From: Caldalkalibacillus uzonensis
GTDB taxonomy: Bacteria; Bacillota; Bacilli; Caldalkalibacillales; Caldalkalibacillaceae
Assembly (NCBI RefSeq): GCF_030814135.1
Contig: NZ_JAUSUQ010000008.1
Location: forward strand, 152,014-176,013
Direction of reading: 5' to 3'
Length of the DNA: 24,000 bases
Shown here: positions 16,951 through 24,000 of the stretch, piece by piece
Position numbering within the stretch: the first letter of the stretch is position 1
Layout: every line of letters starts with the position of its first letter
The notes under the pieces: generated by a model
Seen by the model: only the letters and a program-made list of their open reading frames with translations
Databases searched by the model: none
What the model was told of the DNA's origin: nothing
Made by a program: the position numbers and the translations under genes

Positions 16951-18147
16951 ATGGTCAACAATGAAGAGATGGTCTATTGGTGGCAAGGATATGTGCTGAT
17001 CATCATCAAGGGAAAACGCCTGGAGCGCTTGATCAACCGTATGATGTACCAGCGTTTGTCTGCCTGGGATCTTGTCCGCCTGTCAGAAGAAGAGGCGCAA
17101 GTATGCATTACAGTACCTGATTTTTTCCGGTTGCGCACGCTTTTAAAAGAGACAGGCTGTCGCATCCGCATCGTCAAAAAAGCAGGCTTGCCCTTTATGC
17201 TGAAAAGGATGCGCCCCCAGGCAGGGTTATATGCGGGTGCTGTCCTTTTTTTGGCCATGCTGTATCTATTTTCTTCCATGATCTGGTCGGTGGAAATCGA
17301 AGGCGTCAGTGTGCCTGAACAAGAAGCTCAGCTAAGGGCGACCTTAGCCGATTTAGGCGTTAAGCCCTGGAATTTTAAGTTTAGGGTGGCCGAGCCCAGT
17401 GAGATTAAGCGGCAGGTCATGGAACGGCTGGATCATGTGACCTGGGTGGGATTTGGGTATAAGGGAACGACCGCCTATCTTAAAGTAGTGGAAAAAACAT
17501 TGCCTGAGGTATCCGAAAAGGTTTATCCACGTGACTTAGTGGCCAAGAAGAAGGCGGTGATTCATGACCTGTTTGTGGAGTCAGGCACCCCCAAGGTCAA
17601 ACCAAATCAATACGTAAGGCCAGGTGACCTGCTTGTTTCCGGAAAAATTGGCCGTGAAGATCAACCGCAACAGACGGCAGCCAAGGGGAAAGTGTGGGGA
17701 GAAGTATGGTATGTGAGTGAGATCAGGGTCCCTTTAAAGCAGCAGAAAGCTGTCTTGACCGGGGAACAGCAAGGCCGTTATTATCTGCATGTTGGGCCGT
17801 ACAAGCTTAAAGTGTGGGGATTTGGGAAGATTCCGTTTGATGATTATGTGATCAGGGATCAAACATATTCGTTTTCTATTGGTGCCTATACTCTGCCGGT
17901 GGCTTGGACCATTGAAGAGGTACACGCGGCGCGGCAAACTGAGTTGACCCTTGAAAAAAAGGAAGCGACAGAGTTGGGAATTAAACTGGCCCGGGACAAA
18001 ATGGCTGCCAAGCTCCCGGAGGATGCTCAGATCGTGGAAGAAAACATTTTGAAAAAGAGCCTTGATAGTGGTAAAGTGTATATTAAGATACATTATAGTG
18101 TGATTGAGGAAATCTCAATGGCAAAATACACCAGTCAAGGAGAATGA
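16951..18147 (+). CDS. yqfD: Sporulation protein YqfD (stage IV-type)
   Basis: The protein is 398 aa with a central TM segment, starts WWQGYVLIIIKGKRLERLIN (YqfD family), and follows yqfC. Confidence 0.85.
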   Translation: MVNNEEMVYWWQGYVLIIIKGKRLERLINRMMYQRLSAWDLVRLSEEEAQVCITVPDFFRLRTLLKETGCRIRIVKKAGLPFMLKRMRPQAGLYAGAVLFLAMLYLFSSMIWSVEIEGVSVPEQEAQLRATLADLGVKPWNFKFRVAEPSEIKRQVMERLDHVTWVGFGYKGTTAYLKVVEKTLPEVSEKVYPRDLVAKKKAVIHDLFVESGTPKVKPNQYVRPGDLLVSGKIGREDQPQQTAAKGKVWGEVWYVSEIRVPLKQQKAVLTGEQQGRYYLHVGPYKLKVWGFGKIPFDDYVIRDQTYSFSIGAYTLPVAWTIEEVHAARQTELTLEKKEATELGIKLARDKMAAKLPEDAQIVEENILKKSLDSGKVYIKIHYSVIEEISMAKYTSQGE

Positions 18148-18151
18148 GGCT

Positions 18152-19114
18152 TTGCAAAACCAACTGGAACAGTACATTTTACCTATTGTGACATCTGAAG
18201 AGGAACAAATTTTATTTGGACCACAAGACCGTTTTATTCACAACATAGAAGATGCGTTCCAGACCCAGGTGCTTGTTCGTAACGGGCAAGTGACACTAAC
18301 GGGACAGAGTGACAATGTTCAGGCAGCCGTCTCCATGCTTGAAGAGCTCTTAAAATTGATTCGTAAAGGATACACGCTGACTGACAGGGATATTTTATAT
18401 GCTATTCAATTAGCCCAAGAGGGACTCATTGATCAGCTCAGCGAGTTGTTTGAGGAAGAAATCACCAAAACCTATAAAGGAAAACCCATCCGGGTCAAAA
18501 CATTGGGGCAGAGACATTACGTCTCAGCCATTCACAAACATGATATTGTCTTCGGGATTGGCCCCGCTGGAACAGGAAAAACCTATTTGGCCGTTGTCTT
18601 GGCCACCCACTATTTGAAGAAGGGGCTGGTTAAGCGCATCGTGCTGACCAGACCTGCCGTGGAAGCTGGAGAAAACTTGGGTTTTCTGCCCGGGGACCTG
18701 CAGGAGAAGGTGGACCCCTATCTTCGGCCGCTGTACGATGCCCTTCATGATGTGCTGGGTGTGGAACAAGTGCTCAGATATCTGGAAAGGGGAACGATTG
18801 AGATCGCCCCGTTAGCCTATATGCGTGGCAGAACCCTTGATGATTCATTTGTCATCTTGGATGAAGCCCAAAATACCACGCCTGAACAAATGAAAATGTT
18901 TTTAACCCGGCTTGGTTTTGGATCTAAAATGGTCATTACAGGCGACCGCACCCAAATTGACTTGCCAAAAGGAAAAAAATCTGGATTGATTGAAGCGGAA
19001 GGACTGCTGCGAGACGTTGATGGCTTATGTTTTATTTATCTTCAGCAGGCGGACGTCGTACGTCATCCTTTGGTTCAAAAGATTATCGAGGCCTATGATC
19101 GTCACGACCGCTGA
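18152..19114 (+). CDS. phoH: PhoH-like ATPase
   Basis: Walker A GPAGTGKT and Walker B ILDEAQN are present. The start is uncertain: TTG 18152, 9 nt after AAGGAG, or the track TTG 18104, which overlaps yqfD by 44 nt. Confidence 0.85.
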   Translation: MQNQLEQYILPIVTSEEEQILFGPQDRFIHNIEDAFQTQVLVRNGQVTLTGQSDNVQAAVSMLEELLKLIRKGYTLTDRDILYAIQLAQEGLIDQLSELFEEEITKTYKGKPIRVKTLGQRHYVSAIHKHDIVFGIGPAGTGKTYLAVVLATHYLKKGLVKRIVLTRPAVEAGENLGFLPGDLQEKVDPYLRPLYDALHDVLGVEQVLRYLERGTIEIAPLAYMRGRTLDDSFVILDEAQNTTPEQMKMFLTRLGFGSKMVITGDRTQIDLPKGKKSGLIEAEGLLRDVDGLCFIYLQQADVVRHPLVQKIIEAYDRHDR

Positions 19115-19144
19115 TGATTCGTCTGTGTTTAAGGAGATGTTTCT

Positions 19145-21334
19145 ATGAAAAAGCGTGTAACTGCTGACAAAGATGGCTCGCGCTGGAACCGCTTCTGGAA
19201 TAAATGGAAAGACCATGGACTAGTGCGAACTGTTTTGTATGTGCTCTTAGGGATCACTTTATTCTTACTCATGATTGGCAACATCGCGCCTGATTTTGTG
19301 GAGGTACAGGTGGGATCCCGGGCCGAGCAGGATATTATTTCGCCAGTGACGATTGTGGATGAAGAGGCCACGGAGCGGGCCAGGGAGCGTGCTGCCCGGG
19401 ATGTTCAGCCTGTTTACGTGATGGATCCGTCTATCACCGAGAACCAGGTGGCCAATTTGGAACGGGCATTTGATGTGATTAAGGAAACATTAAGCAATGA
19501 TCAATTGTCCCGTGAGGAAAAGCGAAACCAGCTGCAAGAAAGGATCCCTTATGAGTTCAGTGACGAGGCTTATGACATTTTCCTAAATCATTCCGTGGAT
19601 GAACTGGAAACGTTAATGCAATTTACCCGCAGTATCGTTTATGAAATTATGTATGCCGGGGTGAAGAGTGACACGCTGCCAGCCGCGTTGCAAGAAGTGA
19701 ACAACTCCTTAATTCTATCCAGCTTGGACAGTGACTTGCGCAAAGTCTCTCAAGAGATGGCCAAAGCCAGCATTGTGCCTAACTTTGTCCTAGACCCTGA
19801 GGAAACAGAACGGTTACGCCAGGAAGCACGGGAGCAGGTGCGCCCCATTGAGATTCGCGAAGGCGAGATTATTGTGGCCGAAGGTGACATTGTCACCCAT
19901 GAGATACACCGTAAGCTGGGGAAAGTGGGGCTGTTAAGTGAATCGGCCAACCTGTATCCTTATCTCGGTCTTGCTTTGTTTATTGGGCTTATTTTAGCTT
20001 TTATCGGCTGTTACATTTATTTTAGCGATTTGCCCATCCGCAAAGATAACACGCAGTTTTTGATGTTTATTGTCATTTTTGTTCTTAATGTGATTTTCCT
20101 CAAGGTGGTCAGTATTGGGCAAGTATTGGAATATCATGGCATTGGTTTTCTGGCACCAGTGGCCTTTGCTACCATGTCCATGACCATGCTGATTCATCAG
20201 CGCATCGCCCTGTTTAGTAGTTTTCTGTTTGGTTTGATTGCCGCTATTATTTTAAACGGGGAAACCACCAGGTACATGGACTTTACCTACGGTCTCGTGG
20301 CCATGTTTAGCGGTGCAGCCGGCGCATTTTTCCTGGGAAATGCCACTCGCAAGACAAGCATCTTGCAAGGCGGCTTTGTCGTCTCGGTGGTGACCGCCTG
20401 TGCTGTGGTCACCATGATCATGCTGACTCAGTCTCCGTTCGGCTGGTTGGATTTGGCCCAGTACGTTGCCTACGGTCTGATTAGCGGTATTGTGGCATCT
20501 GTATTGACCATTGGCATGATGCCGTTCTTTGAAGCTTCTTTCGGCATTTTGTCACCCATGAAATTAATTGAATTGTCCAATCCCAATCAGCCTTTGTTGC
20601 GCAAAATTTTATTGGAGGCGCCAGGAACGTATCACCACAGTGTGATGGTGGCCAATCTGGCTGAAGCAGCAGCGGAGGCGGTTGGGGCTAATGGCCTGTT
20701 AGCCAGAGTCGGTGCCTACTATCACGATCTGGGTAAAACCAAGCGCCCCCACTTTTTTATAGAGAATCAGCTCAACATGGATAATCCCCATGACAAAATC
20801 GCACCTCAACTGAGTGCTACCATTATTACAGCCCATACGCGGGATGGGGCACAGATGCTAAGGGAGCACAAGTTTCCTAAGGCGATATGTGATATAGCTG
20901 AACAGCATCATGGGACGACGTTGCTAAAGTATTTTTACCATAAAGCCAAAGAAGAGACGGATAGTCAAGTAAATGAAAGTGATTTTAGGTATGACGGCCC
21001 CAAAGCACAGTTTAAGGAATCGGCCATTGTGGGCATTGCCGACAGTGTGGAAGCTGCTGTGCGCTCATTGTCTAAACCGTCTCCTGAGCGAATTGAAAAT
21101 ATTGTCAGACAGATCATTAAGGACCGGCTCGAAGACGGCCAGTTTAATGAATGTGACTTGACTTTAAAGGAATTGGATACCATTGCCAGAGTGATTTGTG
21201 AAACATTAAAAGGGATTTTTCACTCCCGCATTGAATACCCGGATGAGGTGGATAAAGTTATTAAGAAAACACACCATAAAGGAAAAGGCGACAAACAAGT
21301 TTCAAAACTGCCAAAGGTGGAAAATCAATCATGA
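19145..21334 (+). CDS. pgpH: 7TM-receptor-type HD-domain phosphohydrolase (YqfF/PgpH-like, cyclic-di-AMP phosphodiesterase family)
   Basis: It has an extracytoplasmic N-terminal domain, a 7-TM block and a C-terminal HD domain (YHHSVMV, YYHDLGK). It occupies the conserved position between phoH and ybeY. Confidence 0.8.
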   Translation: MKKRVTADKDGSRWNRFWNKWKDHGLVRTVLYVLLGITLFLLMIGNIAPDFVEVQVGSRAEQDIISPVTIVDEEATERARERAARDVQPVYVMDPSITENQVANLERAFDVIKETLSNDQLSREEKRNQLQERIPYEFSDEAYDIFLNHSVDELETLMQFTRSIVYEIMYAGVKSDTLPAALQEVNNSLILSSLDSDLRKVSQEMAKASIVPNFVLDPEETERLRQEAREQVRPIEIREGEIIVAEGDIVTHEIHRKLGKVGLLSESANLYPYLGLALFIGLILAFIGCYIYFSDLPIRKDNTQFLMFIVIFVLNVIFLKVVSIGQVLEYHGIGFLAPVAFATMSMTMLIHQRIALFSSFLFGLIAAIILNGETTRYMDFTYGLVAMFSGAAGAFFLGNATRKTSILQGGFVVSVVTACAVVTMIMLTQSPFGWLDLAQYVAYGLISGIVASVLTIGMMPFFEASFGILSPMKLIELSNPNQPLLRKILLEAPGTYHHSVMVANLAEAAAEAVGANGLLARVGAYYHDLGKTKRPHFFIENQLNMDNPHDKIAPQLSATIITAHTRDGAQMLREHKFPKAICDIAEQHHGTTLLKYFYHKAKEETDSQVNESDFRYDGPKAQFKESAIVGIADSVEAAVRSLSKPSPERIENIVRQIIKDRLEDGQFNECDLTLKELDTIARVICETLKGIFHSRIEYPDEVDKVIKKTHHKGKGDKQVSKLPKVENQS

Positions 21335-21792
21335 TTGATGTACAGGTACAGGATCAACATCATTTGCTTGAGGATCAGCATCTCAGTCTGTTGGAGGGGT
21401 TGGTGCAAACTGCTGCTCTAGCCCTGAACCTGGGAGATGGTGAAGTTTCGGTCACTTTTGTGACAGATGAGGAAATCAGGGAATTGAACCGTGAGTACCG
21501 GGACAAAGATCGGCCCACCGATGTGCTTTCCTTTCCCATGTATGAAAAAGAGGAATGGCCCCGCCTGTTTGAGGATGACGAATACTTAATATTGGGTGAT
21601 ATTATCATTTCCGTGCCCCGTGCCAAGGAACAGGCTGAAGAGCTGGGGCACTCATTTGAACGGGAACTGGGTTTTCTTCTTGTTCACGGTTTATTACATC
21701 TGGTCGGTTATGACCATGACAATGACCAACATGCAGAGCGTATGTTCCAGCTTCAAGAAGAAATTTTAAACGCACACCACTTGTTCAGGTGA
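21331..21792 (+). CDS. ybeY: rRNA maturation endoribonuclease YbeY
   Basis: The HGLLHLVGYDH zinc motif is present. The ATGA start/stop overlap with pgpH suggests translational coupling. Confidence 0.9.
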   Translation: MIDVQVQDQHHLLEDQHLSLLEGLVQTAALALNLGDGEVSVTFVTDEEIRELNREYRDKDRPTDVLSFPMYEKEEWPRLFEDDEYLILGDIIISVPRAKEQAEELGHSFERELGFLLVHGLLHLVGYDHDNDQHAERMFQLQEEILNAHHLFR

Positions 21793-21798
21793 AAAAAG

Positions 21799-22281
21799 AT
21801 GCCTCAGGCCAAACGCACCAAACGGTTGTCTCAAAGTTTCAAATATGCCTTTCACGGTATTGCCTATGTGCTGATGAGTCAGCGGAACATGAAAATTCAT
21901 TTCGCCATGGCCTCGCTGATTTTGATTCTGGCCTTAGTTTTAGATGTTCCTCTATCCCAGTTTCTCTGGGTTATTTTTTCTATTTTTTTCGTGTTATGCA
22001 TGGAAACACTAAACACAGCCATTGAAAGGACCGTCGATTTAGTCACCACCGAGTATCATCCTCTAGCCAAGCTGGCCAAAGATGTCGCTGCAGGCGTGGT
22101 TTTATTTGCCGCCCTGTTTGCCGTGGTGACCGGATTGATTGTTTTTACCGAACCTTTGTTGTCTGTGGCAGGCGTTCAACTTCCCTTTCCTATTGAGCAT
22201 ATGACCATTGTGGCTATATTATGCTTCCTCATCGCTGTGTTTCTCTTCAGCTTAAGAAAGGCAGGGAAAAAAGATGGATAA
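21799..22281 (+). CDS. dgkA: Diacylglycerol/undecaprenol kinase DgkA family, with a C-terminal extension
   Basis: FKYAFHGI and MET(L)NTAIE(R)(T)VD core motifs are present. The protein is 160 aa, against about 120 aa as I recall the typical length. Confidence 0.85.
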   Translation: MPQAKRTKRLSQSFKYAFHGIAYVLMSQRNMKIHFAMASLILILALVLDVPLSQFLWVIFSIFFVLCMETLNTAIERTVDLVTTEYHPLAKLAKDVAAGVVLFAALFAVVTGLIVFTEPLLSVAGVQLPFPIEHMTIVAILCFLIAVFLFSLRKAGKKDG

Positions 22282-22681
22282 AGATCAATTGATTGCCCAG
22301 GCCGCGGTGGCTAGGGGTAACGCCTATGTTCCTTATTCCCGGTTTCCTGTAGGAGCCGCCCTCTTAACGTCTACCGGGCATGTGGTACTCGGCTGTAACA
22401 TTGAAAATGCCTCCTATGGCTTAACCAACTGTGCGGAGCGCACCGCCATATTCAAGGCCGTCTCAAATGCCCGGACAGAGGCTGACCTCACCTTTAAAGC
22501 GATTGCCATCATTGCTGATACAGAGCGGCCTGTTTCCCCTTGCGGAGCTTGCCGGCAGGTGCTGGCCGAATTTTGTGATCCGGATATGCCTGTTTATTTA
22601 GCGAACGTTAAAGGTGAACAAATCGAAACGACGGTAGGGGAACTGCTCCCGATCCATTTCAAACAGAGCGATCTCCGTTAA
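22274..22681 (+). CDS. cdd: Cytidine deaminase
   Basis: The zinc motifs CAERTAIF and PCGACRQ are present. The gene overlaps the dgkA end by 8 nt. Confidence 0.9.
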   Translation: MDKDQLIAQAAVARGNAYVPYSRFPVGAALLTSTGHVVLGCNIENASYGLTNCAERTAIFKAVSNARTEADLTFKAIAIIADTERPVSPCGACRQVLAEFCDPDMPVYLANVKGEQIETTVGELLPIHFKQSDLR

Positions 22682-22704
22682 GACTAAAAGTTGGAGGTTA
22701 GTCT

Positions 22705-23613
22705 ATGAGTGAAGACGTTTTCCGTTCTGGATTTGTGGCTCTGATCGGCCGTCCCAATGTGGGCAAATCGACATTGATGAATCATATCATTGGGCAAAAA
22801 GTGGCTATTATGTCAGACAAACCCCAAACGACGCGCAATAAGATCCAGGGGATCTATACCTCTTCCGCAGGACAGATCATCTTTGTAGATACACCCGGTA
22901 TCCATAAACCTAAAACCAAGCTGGGCGATTATATGGTCACGATTGCCCACAACACGTTGAGGGAAGTGGATGTAATCTTGTTTCTGGTGGATGCCAAGGA
23001 AGGGATGGGACCAGGGGATCAATGGATTATCAATCAATTGAAAGAAATCAGCACCCCTGTTTTTTTGGTCGTCAATAAGATTGACCTTGTTCATCCTGAT
23101 GAACTGCTGCCTCTAATTGAACAATACGCAGCACTTCATCATTTTAAAGAAGTCATTCCTGTTTCTGCTTTGCAAGGCAATAACACTTCCCGGCTGGTAG
23201 AGCAGATTATAGCCTATTTACCGGAAGGACCGCAGTATTATCCCAGTGATCAGGTGACTGACCATCCCGAGAGGTTTATTGTGGCAGAATTGATCCGGGA
23301 AAAAGTACTTCAGCTCACACATGAGGAAATTCCCCATTCCATTGCGGTGGATATTGAAGAAATTAAACGGCGGGATGAAAGGGGAACGGTGTTTGTATCG
23401 GCTGTGATCTACACAGAGCGGGATTCACAGAAAAAAATCATTATCGGAAAAGAGGGGCGGATGTTGAAAGAGATCGGCACCCGGGCCAGACAAGAGATTG
23501 AGGCCTTATTAGGGAGTAAAATTTTCCTTGACCTGTGGGTCAAAGTGAAAAAGGACTGGCGCAACAAGATGAATCAGTTGCGTCTCTTCGGCTATCATGA
23601 ACGGGATTACTAA
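22705..23613 (+). CDS. era: GTPase Era
   Basis: G1 [10 protein letters not shown]3 DTPG, G4 NKID and a C-terminal KH domain are present. Confidence 0.95.
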   Translation: MSEDVFRSGFVALIGRPNVGKSTLMNHIIGQKVAIMSDKPQTTRNKIQGIYTSSAGQIIFVDTPGIHKPKTKLGDYMVTIAHNTLREVDVILFLVDAKEGMGPGDQWIINQLKEISTPVFLVVNKIDLVHPDELLPLIEQYAALHHFKEVIPVSALQGNNTSRLVEQIIAYLPEGPQYYPSDQVTDHPERFIVAELIREKVLQLTHEEIPHSIAVDIEEIKRRDERGTVFVSAVIYTERDSQKKIIIGKEGRMLKEIGTRARQEIEALLGSKIFLDLWVKVKKDWRNKMNQLRLFGYHERDY

Positions 23614-23719
23614 TTGCTAATCATTTCATGGCATAGGGTGATACAGGTGAGAGAAGCTATTGGGTAGCAGGGTATTGTCTTGAATGCATGGATTCAAATT
23701 TAGGGAGGAGAGCACTGCC

Positions 23720-23872
23720 ATGCGCCAAATTTTCTGGAACGTGTTCGCTGCTACCGGAAATATTGAGGCTTATCTCTTGTATAAAGAATATGAGACACTC
23801 CAGCAAGGTAAAGAGAAGGAAGAGGTTAAGTTGACTGAAAAACAGGAGCATATGGAAGCCAATCATATGTAA
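23720..23872 (+). CDS. yqzL: YqzL-family small protein
   Basis: MRQIFWNVFAATGNIEAYLLYKEYE resembles B. subtilis YqzL. ATG 23720 lies 9 nt after GGGAGGAG. I rejected the track start at 23684. Confidence 0.7.
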   Translation: MRQIFWNVFAATGNIEAYLLYKEYETLQQGKEKEEVKLTEKQEHMEANHM

Positions 23873-23951
23873 GAGGTATGTCAAAAAAACCTTGGACAGT
23901 TAAGCTTATCTCACCTGTTTTGCCATTCTGACCAAAAAGCAGGTGGCAAGA

Positions 23952-24000
23952 ATGTTGTTAAAAGCAGAAGGGATCGTAATCCGCTCCAGGGATTACGGTG
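23952..24000 (+). CDS. recO: DNA repair protein RecO, N-terminal 16 codons (continues beyond the window)
   Basis: MLLKAEGIVIRSRDYG matches the RecO N-terminus pattern (ML.K.EGIV.R..DYGE). AGGTGG lies upstream, and the gene follows era-yqzL in synteny. Confidence 0.7.
   Translation, partial: MLLKAEGIVIRSRDYG

Noticed and set aside
1-24000. tRNA, rRNA, CRISPR arrays, tandem repeats and defence or toxin-antitoxin systems
   Set aside because: I saw no cloverleaf-like or rRNA-like segments, no regularly spaced direct repeats and no defence-associated domains. Apart from the FDH block, the genes are conserved housekeeping or sporulation genes.

Overview
The window looks like chromosome from an endospore-forming Bacillales-type Firmicute. 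Its backbone follows the B. subtilis yqe/yqf order as I recall it: mtaB(yqeV), yqeW, rpsU, yqeY, yqeZ(nfeD), yqfA(floA), yqfB, yqfC, yqfD, phoH, yqfF(pgpH), ybeY, dgkA, cdd, era, yqzL, recO. Two blocks interrupt that order. The first is a NUDIX hydrolase plus deoC (913-2035). The second is a block of about 9 kb (3290-11996) encoding a Tat-exported respiratory formate dehydrogenase. Its minus-strand genes are fdhD, a selenocysteine-containing catalytic subunit, a 4x[4Fe-4S] subunit, an NrfD-type membrane anchor, fdhE and tatC. The catalytic subunit appears in the ORF track as two ORFs (9612-10190 and 7044-9542). They are one gene joined by an in-frame UGA at 9612-9614, which falls at the conserved Sec position and is followed by a SECIS-like hairpin. 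Two divergent tatA paralogs flank the block, and one of them (11817-11996, 59 aa) is below the ORF-track cutoff. Divergent from fdhD is an uncharacterised 188-aa membrane protein with two transmembrane H-x13-H motifs, which I propose as a candidate di-haem cytochrome b. I found no tRNA, rRNA, CRISPR array, transposase, integrase or recognisable defence system. The most likely under-described element is the accessory content of the FDH module (NrfD anchor, FdhE, in-operon TatC, two TatA copies and the H-x13-H protein), not a wholly new system. All calls rest on reading the sequence and on remembered family motifs; no database search was run.
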